DNA of 41,115 bases from NCBI GenBank assembly GCA_031763465.1, contig JARFOE010000046.1, positions 9,452,320 through 9,493,434 on the forward strand. The letters run 5' to 3'. Shown in pieces: positions 11,890-23,339 of this stretch. Made by a program: the position numbers and the translations under genes. The notes beneath the pieces were generated by a model. The model had not been told where the DNA came from, did no database searches, and worked only from the letters and a program-made list of their open reading frames with translations. Every line of letters starts with the position of its first letter. Position 1 is the first letter of the stretch. The DNA is from Squatina squatina. Its lineage: Eukaryota.

Positions 11890-13064
11890 TCTTGTCTCTC
11901 CCCCCGCCCCCAACATTATGTGAGATCACTTTGGAATGGCAATAATTCTGAGCTTGACTGCAGCCAAAAACATAAATCCACTCTACGAAAAAATAACTGA
12001 ATACATGGAAAATAAATCCAAAGTAGGAGGTGAAAAATGTCAGGATGAAAATAAAGGATTTTTGCAGTTGATAATGTGCAATTATTGTGTGACTTTGGTA
12101 ACCTAACAGTAACAAACCAAGATAAAGATGAATTTCAAGAAGAACTTGGGAAAATTGGTCAAGAAAAAAATAAATCTAAAAGGAAGAAAAAGTGTCTGCA
12201 GAGAGAAAGAGAAAGTCAAAACATCATTACATCATCACAGTTAGCAAATGTATCAAAAAGGTCATGTCATTAATTTAATTTAGAAATTTCATCCTCATCA
12301 TCACCATCATCAAAAAGCAGTTGAAAGAACATGATCCTTGCAAATGGTGAAGGATGATTCTTGGGAATGAGAAATAACATGATTTGTTGAAATTGTGTAA
12401 AACGATGTTTGGACATGGCAGAAGACATGATGCTTAGGAATGATGAAATACATGAACCTTGTGAATGAACCTAGACTCTTGGTGGTTGTGGGATTTAACT
12501 GAAGGTTATTCTCATCATGAATGGATCAGTGATAAGCATGGGGAATTTCCTTTGGAACATAGCTCAAGACCAGGGCAACTAACAATGGCAATGAGAGCAA
12601 GAACAAGTGTCAGACAGAAACATTCAAGGATGTTATCAACACTTCTGGAGTTCTCCCAAGTTCTCCTTCCTTTGCCCAGTGTTAAGAATGTAATGCAGCT
12701 GTTTCACATGGGCATGTGGCGAGGTGGATATGTAATAGTACTGAATGAGCTTTGGGCTAATGGACTCATGGCATGGTGAAAGGAGTCCCAATTCCTCTTA
12801 CCGTGTCTTTGGAAGACCTACGTCTCTTGAAGCTGGAGGTCAGTGTTGAAGTGAGCGATCTAAAAGATGCTTTCTTTTTAGGGTCAGGCTCTGCGCTACC
12901 ACTTTTTCTATCCTAGAACAGATATATTTGATGTTATTGACTTTTTTCCTGTCGGTAGTAGCTATTTATAATCTAGCTTTGTCTAATAACTGTTGTGGCA
13001 AGTAGAAATCAAGTAGAAGTACACTACAGATAATTTGCTTGGCAAATCGATGTGGTAACTTGGC

Positions 13065-13136
13065 CCAAGAAAGACAGTTCCAACGAACCGTCTAGGAAAG
13101 GAAGTGATTAATCACTATCAGGGTCCCATATTGTTA
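13065..13136 (+). repeat. 72-bp direct repeat, copy 2
   Basis: Near-identical to 11818-11889. Confidence 0.9.
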
Positions 13137-13376
13137 ACTGGCAAAGGAGGGGCTAACTGTCAAGCAGCACTATTGGTAGAATCAAAGGAAAAACCTCACC
13201 ACAAGCTGAGATTTGTGAAAGAGCAGTGAATCTAATGAATGTGACTCAGATCTTGAAAATGAGACTGTATGAACCTNNNNNNNNNNNNNNNNNNNNNNNN
13301 NNNNNNNNNNNNNNNNNNNNNNNNNNNNNNNNNNNNNNNNNNNNNNNNNNNNNNNNNNNNNNNNNNNNNNNNNNNN

Positions 13377-13680
13377 TTGAATGGCGGTGCAGGCTCGAAG
13401 GGCCGAATGGCCTACTCCTGCACCTATTTTCTATGTTTTTATGTTTCTATGTAATACTCCAGGTGTGGTCTAACTAGGGTTTTGTACAGCTGCAGTATAA
13501 CTTCTATCCCCTTGTATTCTAGTCCTCTCGATATAAAAGATAGCAGCCCATTAGCCTTTTTGATTGTTTTCTGGACCTGTTCATGACATTTTAATGATCT
13601 ATGTACCTGGACTCCCAAGTCTCTTCGGACCTCCACTCTTTTTAGCCTTTCACCATTTACAAAGTACCCTGTGCTATCCT
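13377..13680. mobile_element. Two tail-facing CR1 fragments (+ strand 3' tail, then - strand ORF2 C-terminus)
   Basis: GGCTCGAAGGGCCGAATGGCCTACTCC...(TTTCTATG)n; minus-strand RRDLGVQVHRSLK...LYKTLVRPHLEY. Confidence 0.85.
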
Positions 13681-14317
13681 GTTTCGCGCCTTGGCGCATT
13701 TCGAATACGTTAAAGGCCCTGTAAAAATGCAAGTGCTCATTTTCTTCTCCCGACAAATAGCTGTGGTTAACTACATGAAGAATCTTGCCTGCCACCCAGC
13801 ACTGTGTGACAGAGAGTATTGTGTGCTTCAGGGCCACCCTTTGGTGAGCACTCCCAACCCCAACAATTACCAGACTGGAGAATGCAGCAACATGTCTCAA
13901 AATAGGAAATGAGAAGTAGGCCACAGAGACACATGACCAGTTTAAATGGACCCCGCCTGGATTCTGGATTAACCTGAATGAGTAACTCGTGACCTTTACA
14001 AAGGAGGCTCCAGTGAAACTACTTCACTGTGAACATTCTTAAATAGATCATCAGTAGCTGATCATCTTCCACAAAACATTCCTGTGCTTTTGCTTAATAT
14101 TTACATAAATCTACAATTTATTTAAGGTTATGAGTCCTTGAGTTTCCTTAAAAAGGTAGAGCAAATATGACGGAGTTTCCGAACATCCCTCCCTACCCCC
14201 GTTTTCTCTCTTCCCTTTGCTTATTTTTAAGGCACAGATTGATGCTGTAATATGGTCCCATAAGCACAGGCCTTCAGCTACTACCTCACGTGCCCATTCT
14301 TCAGGGGGTAATATACT

Positions 14318-14564
14318 GGCTCCCGAAACAGGCACTATCCTCCGAACCCCATCATGGGAAATGCCTCCGAGGAGGGCAGAGAAAAGGTTACAAGGACAGC
14401 TTCAAGGCCTCATTGGAAAAAATGCACCATCTCCACCGACACATGGGAATCCATGGCCCAAGACCGCCCGCAACGGAGAAGAAACATCCATGAAGGCGCC
14501 AACCGCTTTGAGTCTCTCCGGCGGGAGCACGTGGAGGCCAAGCGCAGGCTGCGGAAGGAGCGCG
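14318..14564 (+). mobile_element. RTE-clade (BovB-like) LINE ORF C-terminal fragment, frameshifted
   Basis: LPKQAL.SE..HGK..RGGQRK.YKDS.KASL / KCTISTDTWESMAQDR. Confidence 0.8.
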
Positions 14565-14679
14565 NNNNNNNNNNNNNNNNNNNNNNNNNNNNNNNNNNNN
14601 NNNNNNNNNNNNNNNNNNNNNNNNNNNNNNNNNNNNNNNNNNNNNNNNNNNNNNNNNNNNNNNNCTCCACTCCACACAG

Positions 14680-14955
14680 GGAGGGAGGTAGAGAGGGAGG
14701 CGGTTGTGGGGAGGGAGAGAGAGAGGGAATGTGGAGACGGAGAGAGAGTGGAATGGTCAGAGGGAGGTGGAGAGAGTGGAATGTGCGGAGGGAGAGAGAG
14801 AGGATATGGAGAGCGAGAGAGAGTGGAATATGCGGAGGGAGAGAGAGAATGTGGCGAGGGAGATGGAGTGGAATGTGTGGAGAGGGAGAGAGAGGGAATG
14901 TGGAGAGGGAGAGAGAGTGGAGTGTGCGGAAAGAAAGAGTGTGGGAATGTGGAAA
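14680..14955. repeat. GA-rich degenerate tandem repeat (GAGAGAGTGGAATGTG-like)
   Basis: Directly visible purine-rich repeats. Confidence 0.9.
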
Positions 14956-15104
14956 ATTTTCGCATCAATGGGCAGATAATCATGTGGCCACAGATTAGAA
15001 GTGCTGGCCTGTATGACTGAATTCTGAGAGTTGTGGCATAAAGCTCTGCTCACGAGCAGACCGAAGCCAATGCACGTCAAGTGTGCGATAAGTGTGAGAT
15101 CTCA

Positions 15105-15389
<285 letters not shown>

Positions 15390-15494
15390 TTACCATCTCA
15401 CATGCTGTACCCTCTCTATGCTGCTTAAACCGTTTACTTCTCACTTTTTAATCAGTTTTCCCAGATTCCAGATCCTTCCAGCTTAGCAGCAGCC

Positions 15495-15655
15495 ATAAGA
15501 ACATTAGGAACAGGAGGAGGCCATTCGGCCCCTTGAGCCTGCTCCACCATTCAATTAGATCATGGCTGAACTGCACCCCAACTCCATTTACCTTTGATCC
15601 ATATCCCTTTATACCCTTACCTAACAAAAATCTATTGATCTCAGTCTTGAAAGCT
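15495..15655 (-). mobile_element. CR1 LINE 3' end
   Basis: Minus-strand FKTEINRFLLGKGIKGYG...GGGCCGAATGGCCTCCTCCTGTTCCT tail. Confidence 0.8.
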
Positions 15656-15659
15656 CCAA

Positions 15660-15880
15660 GGGCCTGAAATTTGATAGCGCTTTGGATAGGTAGTTTGAAA
15701 AAATTATAGCGCCGTAATAGCACCTAAAGTTGGAGGTGGAATAAAGTTGCAAAATTCGTTTAAAAAATTTTTTTTTTTAGGCGAGGTGAGTTCGGTCGGC
15801 ACTAAGTCGGGACTTTAGGCGCTATGTGCACAGGTAACCTGCTGGCTCCAGAGGCGCAATGTTAACGCATCATTACATTG
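15660..15880. mobile_element. CpG-rich MITE-like fragment with GGGCCTGAAATT terminus
   Basis: The same 12-mer occurs inverted at 27162-27173 and 37788-37799; CTTTAGGCGCTA is shared with 37500-37800. Confidence 0.55.
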
Positions 15881-16472
15881 CCCTGACTTGCTGCAAATCA
15901 CTTCAGACACAAGAAATAAGTGCCGAATGCAAGAATTCATGCCTGTCTGAAGGAGTTCACACCAGTGTGAAGGCAATCACAGCAAACTATCACAACAGTC
16001 CTAAGCAGTGGGGAGCAGAAAAGCCTGTAGTGGAGAAGGGCTACTTCAAGGACACCTGAGACCACTCAAGGACAAAAGATCAGAGGTCACCTGACAGCTC
16101 ACTGAAGTAGGTCAAGCCAGACTCAAGAATTTGAGAGCTGAGTGACTGGTGGANNNNNNNNNNNNNNNNNNNNNNNNNNNNNNNNNNNNNNNNNNNNNNN
16201 NNNNNNNNNNNNNNNNNNNNNNNNNNNNNNNNNNNNNNNNNNNNNNNNNNNNNTGCTGGCATGGACTGGTTGGGCCAAATGGCCTGTTTCTGTGCCGTAT
16301 ATCCTATGTAATCCTATGAATTGTTCTAGTTGCTCATTGAAGAGCTCGGCCAGCGAAGATGACTGACTTTGGACACCGCTTGTGACTGACCTCCTGTGGG
16401 GAATCCAGTGTTTTAACTTCACGGCTGATGGATTGTGCTCTGCTAATAGAATAATTTCACCCAGGTTTGTAC

Positions 16473-16556
16473 CTTCAGTCTCGTTGACATCTGAAACCCT
16501 TTGGGTGTGTTTAATTCTCCGCCTGGCCAGATTATTTTCTTGTCGTTCAGCAGAAC
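16473..16556 (-). CDS. GRIN1: NMDA receptor GluN1, 84-bp exon at the ATD/ligand-binding-domain junction
   Basis: ccacag|GTT...AAG|gtacaa; [28 protein letters not shown] versus recalled human [28 protein letters not shown]; this frame is not in the ORF track. Confidence 0.93.
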
Positions 16557-17680
16557 CTGTGGAATTGGTCAAATGCAGAATCAGAAAAGCATTACTGACA
16601 TGGAACACAAGAACACACAGAGCCAGGAAAAGCCATTAAGTACACATCCTCCAACAAAGTGCCATCTGCTCTGTTCTGGACTCGACAAGATTGATTTACA
16701 TTGACAAGGAATGAACAACTAATGGGGTAAAGTGGTGAAAATACAGAACTGCAACATTTCTGTAAATCCCCAAATTATAATCTGGGATTTCAGTCTAACA
16801 TCACAGTCAACAACATTCAACACAGCTGATTGGGTTTCAGATGGTGTTTCTATGGTTTCAATAGCCCTAGTGTTCTGATCATCAATATCTATATGTGTCT
16901 GGCTAACCTTCAATCCTATTCTTAACTGAACATTCACTTAGCTCCTTCCCTAAAGGAGTTTTTCAACACACTATCAATTGTTTCTGATGGGATTATGTTC
17001 TACAGAACCCTGGCTTCTAATCTCTGTCTGTATCCAGGATAATCCCAGTATTGGGATTGAACAAAATTATAAAGTGTGTGTTCCAGTAACTCCCACTCTC
17101 CGATATATGCACTACTTTTAGTAAATATTACGCGATTCATTATTATTGGCAAGATACAGCAACTTGGAGAAGCAATCTCTTTCTTGGCAAAACTGCCAAC
17201 ATTGACCTTTAACTTGTACTTGGTACAGGTAATAACTCTGTAGGTAACCACCTGCATAATGCTCTGAAAATCACCTTTCCAATTGCTTTATTTACTTATT
17301 TGCTTTGTAGCCTTTTACAGTCTGGGGATCCAAGGTGAGGATGTCGAGTGGTTATCATATGATGTGCTCCATTTAAACCCACTATGATTTGGCAAATACC
17401 AAAATACTTGACTTTGTAGTTGTTAGAAATAAGTGTATGTGGAACAGTGCTAGACTAACCCATGTCATATGGGGANNNNNNNNNNNNNNNNNNNNNNNNN
17501 NNNNNNNNNNNNNNNNNNNNNNNNNNNNNNNNNNNNNNNNNNNNNNNNNNNNNNNNNNNNNNNNNNNNNNNNNNNGATCTTCCAAATTCAGTACCCTGTC
17601 CCTGCTTTCTCCCCATATCCCTTGCTCCCTGTAGCCTGAAGGGCTAGATCTAACTCCTTCTTGATGGTACTGCGACTCCT

Positions 17681-17950
17681 CCTAGTTAATGGTACTGGTT
17701 AGTGCTCAGTGTTCGTAGTTAGCAGCATGACAGAAAACATTTTATAAATACAAGTTGTTAGCAGTTAATATCAGTAACTGGTGCTGGTTAACGATCAGTC
17801 CTAGTTAATGGTACTGGTTAGTGCTCAGTGTTCGTAGTTAACAGCACAACAGAAAACGCTTTATAAATACAAGTTGTTGTTAGTCAATATTAGTAAATGG
17901 TGCTGATTAACGATCAGTACTAGTTAATGGTACTGGTTAGTGCTCAGTGG
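17681..17950. repeat. ~120-bp tandem repeat (about 2.25 copies) in GRIN1 intron 1
   Basis: CTAGTTAATGGTACTGGTT(T)AGTGCTCAGTG begins at 17681, 17801 and 17920. Confidence 0.9.
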
Positions 17951-17992
17951 TAGTAGTTAACAGTTAGTGTGGCAGAAGATTGCCAGGTTTAC

Positions 17993-18244
17993 CTGGCTGC
18001 TGATGAGGTCCTCGCACACTGCCAGGGCCATTTGGATGGCGTTGGGTTTGTGAGTGACCGCTGTGGCATTGAGTTGGATCTTGAAGGTGCCGTGTTTACG
18101 GTTCGCCTGGGCCACCGCCTCCCTGAAGATATTCTCCGTCTTCTTGGTGCTGAGCACCGCGCCGATGTTCACCACTTTGGGCGCCGAGTGGGATTGGCCC
18201 GGGAGGAGGGCGACGGCCAGGAGAAGCGAGAGCAGGCGCTGCAT
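17993..18244 (-). CDS. GRIN1: NMDA receptor GluN1, first coding exon (signal peptide plus ATD start)
   Basis: [14 protein letters not shown]...[12 protein letters not shown]...[30 protein letters not shown]|gtaaac; CpG-rich context. Confidence 0.96.
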
Positions 18245-20050
18245 CCTGCGGCTGTACGGGAGCCGGAGCCTCTCGGTCTCTCGGCGATGCTGGCTCGGAC
18301 CCGGAGGGAAGCGCTCCTGAAGCTCCCGCTGCCGTTGNNNNNNNNNNNNNNNNNNNNNNNNNNNNNNNNNNNNNNNNNNNNNNNNNNNNNNNNNNNNNNN
18401 NNNNNNNNNNNNNNNNNNNNNNNNNNNNNNNNNNNNNATGCGTATGTCCTAATATTTATTTCACTCTCTGTAAAAATGATTAAAAAGTGAGAGATAATCA
18501 GTGCATTTTACTTGCTGGTTTTCTGTGTGTGAGAATTCTTCAATTTGATTGGCTGCTTAGCTGGGTTGATGACATCACCATTGCTGGACACTGGAGACCC
18601 CCTGTAGGTGATGCCAGAATGAAATTAATGTCGGGAAAGGTGAAATCCATGCCACAAAGATCGCTAGATCTTTGTGGGCAGCGTTCTTTGAGATAAGCAG
18701 AGAGCTTCATCACTTCACTGCTGACTGCAAAATCTGGGCCAATATGTTGATAATGGTCCTGTGCTTGAATCAGCACCCTTTTGAGAAATTGGTGTCCGGA
18801 GGCACCTGAGATATTACTTCTTAAACCCGCCCAAGAAATCAGGACGGCAACAGTTTGGACCTAACATTCAGTAGAATCCTCACTTCCTTTGAGGTAAGTT
18901 GCTGGTTAGTCGTTTTAGACCTGTAGGGGGCTTCTGTTTTTTTTTTGGCTGTTTTGGCTAATGTTTGACTGTGAGACACTTTGAGAGTGAGGCTAGTGCA
19001 TTCAGAAGTTCTGTGAGGATTATCATCAGTCTTCGATGGTGGTCCTTCAATGTCATCATCTGTGCCTTCTGCAGCTGCTTCTGAGCTGTCCTATCACTCT
19101 GCCCTTGTTGCTTTGCACTAGCACTGGGTGACAATCACCATGCAGAACCCTCCAGTCCCAATCGAGTGATGCTTCCTCTTCTGAAGTGCTGCCTCATCTT
19201 CCTCTTCCGCATGAAGGTTGGTGAAGCTGCCGAAACTGAAATAGAAGAAAGGGTTCAATATTAAAAACAAGGTGAAGGAGAGACAGATGCATGGCTTCTG
19301 AAGACAACAGCAATTTGTTGCGGATAGTGTGTGTGTGAGGAGGATATTTAAATAAGAAGGGAAAGCGTGACGTTCTCTAGCCTCTCCAGTCACTTGCTCC
19401 TGACGTGACCTCTGCCCATGATGTCAATCATTTGTTCATCCAGTGAGGATAACACATAGATAAGTAGTGTCCCCCCTCCCCGCACTCCTGTGGTTGCCTG
19501 CTCCCTCTTATTGCATGCAAGCTTGTCCTGCCAGAAAGCAAGGATGAGCATTAGTATTAGCGTAGTTAGATGTTTTGAAGAGGTACATGTCAGGGTAGAA
19601 TAGTGTTGCTGGTGTTTGAAAGATGGTGGAGGTGTGAGAAGATGAGGGAAGTAACGGTGAATGAACAATGAGCAGCTTGAGTAACGGGCTGCCGATTCTT
19701 TATCACCTGTTCTGTGTGACCATAGAAGACCAATTTCACCCCCCATAAATTATAGAATGTAGGCAGATTAGTAATCTCAGTCACTGTTGTCACCTGGAGC
19801 TTGCTTTATTGCTTTCAAGGATTGAAAAGAAGTGGAATTTCCCAGTCTTTTTCCTGAATTGGCCTAAGATATATTTTTGTATTTTTGCTTCTCCCAGGAG
19901 ATTGCATGACTGGGGGAGATGGGGTGGGTTGATGGTACGTGTAGTTTGCANNNNNNNNNNNNNNNNNNNNNNNNNNNNNNNNNNNNNNNNNNNNNNNNNN
20001 NNNNNNNNNNNNNNNNNNNNNNNNNNNNNNNNNNNNNNNNNNNNNNNNNN

Positions 20051-20613
20051 CCCCTCGATCAATGTAATCGGAAGGCAGGGAAAGAGCGGAGGAGGCTCAA
20101 GAGGGTCCCTGCTGGACCCCGGCGATGTAGTCCTGCTGTCTGCTACAGGCAACGATTGGAGAGAACAGACGGGGGTCGACTGCAAGGCTTCCTTGGCCGG
20201 AGACGTGGGACTTGCAGGTGGGAGAGGTGAGGCCGATGCAACAGGAAGTGAACCCGGGGAAGGGAAAGATGAGCGCAGTCGGGCTGTGCTGCATCACAAT
20301 GTGTCTGACACAACTCAGCATGTTGCAGTTGACGTCTCAACAGGCAGTGTGGAGCAAGAATGCCCTGTCTGTACTGAGCTGTATGATGCTGGTGCTCACA
20401 AGCTGGCCTTGCTGAACTGTAACAACAGCTTTTGCGACAGCTGCATAAAAAGCATTATGGAGAAAACAGGCGCAAGCAGCGCCAGCCAGATCCGCTGCCC
20501 CATCTGTCGCCAGAGGACCCCGATGCCCGAGTGGGAGATTCGCCAGCTTCAGGAAGAGATGACGTTCTTAAGCCAGGAGGTGACTGGCAGACCGGACACA
20601 GTGCCCACACAGC
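20051..20613 (+). CDS. Unnamed RING-HC protein of the RNF183/RNF208/RNF224 type, partial (gaps at both ends)
   Basis: Open frame across the whole contig; ECPVC...LLNCNNSFCDSC...IRCPICRQRT at 20361-20507. Confidence 0.8.
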
Positions 20614-20999
20614 NNNNNNNNNNNNNNNNNNNNNNNNNNNNNNNNNNNNNNNNNNNNNNNNNNNNNNNNNNNNNNNNNNNNNNNNNNNNNNNNNNNNNNN
20701 NNNNNNNNNNNNNGTACGTTAAAGGCGTTATATAACTATAAGTTGTTGTTGAAGTTCCTGTGTATTCAGCAGGGTATGGATTAATAGGTGATATATACTG
20801 TCGCTGTGTGTTTGTTTGCATTACAGTCTGTGTAACAGATGATGCACCTCAAGTGAGGCAGCACGAGTGAGGAATCTACTTCCAGTCGTTTCCTGTGTGC
20901 AGCAGTTTATCTTGTTTGAAGTGATGTGCAAACACTGTGGACATTAGCAAGGCAGCATCCTGTGTGCACTGTGCTTTCAAATACACATCTTATAGTGTG

Positions 21000-21175
21000 C
21001 AGAGAGACAGATAAACACAGACATACTGACACACAAAAAACAGGCATAATGACACACACTCACGCACACACACACAGACGACAGGTAAACACGCATATGC
21101 ATAGAAAGACATGCAGAGGCATATGCAAACGCAACACAGGTGTATCTACACGCACATACACACACACAAACACAG
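21000..21175. repeat. CA-rich low-complexity tract
   Basis: Degenerate (CA)n. Confidence 0.8.
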
Positions 21176-22601
21176 CTCTGCCAGATTACTGGTGCTTTTT
21201 GTAGGAAGCGATTTATCCTCCTGCATTGCTTTCAAATTCCCAAAACATTTGAAAATGATTTACTATAAAATAGTAAATAGACTGACATTATTCAAAGAGA
21301 ATTAAGCTTTTGATTTTCAGTGTACCAACAAACAGGCACAGTCAGAAATCTTGTATATTTCAGAAGCTGTGAGGCAGGAAGTGTTCCGAACCAGCAGAAT
21401 TCAGAAGCTATACACTTGTGACTGGGCTGGCTCCACATTAATCAGCTCTGATAAAAAGCAGCAAGCAATCTCTCTCACTGTGTTAGAGCGTGATCTAAAT
21501 ATGTCGGCTGGATTTTATCATTCCCTGCCAGCCAGAGCCCTATGCTTGTTTGAGTCACATTCTAGTTAATACACCACGTAAAGCCCCGGAATGTGTAAAT
21601 GTGATGCCAGCAGAACCAGAGAACAGTAAGTGGTTTCTTGATAGCTGGTATAAGCTGTGAACTAGAAGCTGATTAAGCAGTTGTAACTTGTTTGACTCTC
21701 AAGTTATATATTAGGCACTAGTTTGNNNNNNNNNNNNNNNNNNNNNNNNNNNNNNNNNNNNNNNNNNNNNNNNNNNNNNNNNNNNNNNNNNNNNNNNNNN
21801 NNNNNNNNNNNNNNNNNNNNNNNNNAAATGGACTTTAACCCATTTCAGCCCAGCTTCCACCGGAACCACAGGGTGGGGGGGGGGTGGTGTGCTCTCGTGC
21901 AGAGCCAGCTGGACCAGGTGGCTGACTCCTGATGCTGACTTTGGGCTGACAATGCACAAAAGCTTTCAATGTGCCTTTGACATCAGGAAAGTTAGACGCA
22001 GGTCTGTGGCTCAGACAAGGATGCTTGCGATTAAAAATAAGTGCTGTTAAACCCTGTTCTCTCTATCTAAAGATCAAAATCTAAAATTTAGGTAAAAAAA
22101 TATGTTCTTGCCAGATTCGGCATTCTGGTGAAGGATTGAGGGCACTGGACTGGGCCTGGGCCCGGACCTGGGCCGGAATGGGTCTCAATAGGCTGCCGAA
22201 TACTGTGGTGTGGATCTAGAACACATTAAGCTTTACCGACCTAGAGCGGGCATCAGTTTAAGACGCTGCATTGGCAATGGTTTTAGGCATCGTATAATAC
22301 TGGGACGGAAAAAGAAGCAATTCCGAGGTCAGAGTCAAGTATGTGCAGGTTGCTTGGCAACGCTGCCTCTCAGGCAAAACTATCAAGACAGCATAATACT
22401 TGCCACTCAATTTGAATTTGATACCTTTGATTTCACAGAAAACACAGAAACTCCCAGATGAGATAATGCAGTTATAGATAATTTACCATATAGGCTGCTG
22501 CCGAAGCACAGCAAATTGTTCAGTCTTGGAGTAATCCTTTTTTTGTTTGTTGAAAATGCTACTTTGCGACAGGGAAAGCCGGGACCTTCCCTCTCTTCCT
22601 T

Positions 22602-23339
22602 CTACATGATTGCACAGGAAGACAGCGGGTTTCGGAGCTGGCAGCTACAGGCCGCCCCGCAGTACTGCTGGAAGGTCTGGTAGCAGCTGCGGTCGGCCTC
22701 CCCGCCCCACTGGCCCGGGTTGGCGGCGAGGGCCTCGGCCGGCAGCCGGGCAAGGATGCTGGTGTTGACGGCCAGGGCCGCCAGACCGTAGTCAGTGAAG
22801 AGGACGGTCTCCCGGCGGCAAGTGGGGCAGGAGATGAACTTGTACTTGGGGCAGGACTCGTAGAGGATCTGCAGGCACTCCTCGCACACTGAGTGCAGGC
22901 AGGAGAGAATCCGCGGGCGTTTGTTGGTGGCGTTGTACACGTGGCCGCAGGTGGGGCATTCCAGGGGCTCCGAGGTGGCAGACTGGTGAAGCACGTACTG
23001 GTTGACGATGACCTCGTCCGACGGCGTCTGCCGGTGATAGCACATCTCTGCGCTGGCCTTGCGGTGGCCCTGGCCAAACTTCTCGCGGCGGGGCGGTGTC
23101 CTGGCCAGCCCACCAGGGCTTCGGGCCTTCTCCAGGGCAGGGACGTCGGCGCAGGCCTGGTTCGCGATGATCTCCGACTCCAGGGGCCAGGCACACTTCC
23201 CGACGAGCGGGGGCTCCCGGGCGCACTGCGAGGATCCGTAGCGGACTTGCGAGCTGGGGCAGTCCCCAAACTTGTCCGCTGGCACGATCTTCACTGCCTC
23301 CATCTTGATGGCAGCCTGCTGCTGTTTCAGGCACGCCAT
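22602..23339 (-). CDS. RNF208: RING finger protein 208 (intronless CDS from the first ATG, 245 aa)
   Basis: MACLK...IKMEAVKIV; EVIVNQYV; LECPTCGHVYN...RPRILSCLHSVCEECLQILYESCPKYKFISCPTCRRETVLFTDYGLAALAVN; ends CAIM (CaaX). Confidence 0.93.
   Translation of the reverse strand: MACLKQQQAAIKMEAVKIVPADKFGDCPSSQVRYGSSQCAREPPLVGKCAWPLESEIIANQACADVPALEKARSPGGLARTPPRREKFGQGHRKASAEMCYHRQTPSDEVIVNQYVLHQSATSEPLECPTCGHVYNATNKRPRILSCLHSVCEECLQILYESCPKYKFISCPTCRRETVLFTDYGLAALAVNTSILARLPAEALAANPGQWGGEADRSCYQTFQQYCGAACSCQLRNPLSSCAIM

Noticed and set aside
14217-15080. Several overlapping 100-270 aa ORFs
   Set aside because: Made of an RTE fragment, a gap and a GA-rich repeat
18900-19400. Minus-strand acceptor followed by an acidic stretch (AEEEDEAAL)
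   Set aside because: Stops in all frames soon after; it looks like a decayed transposon gene but cannot be classified
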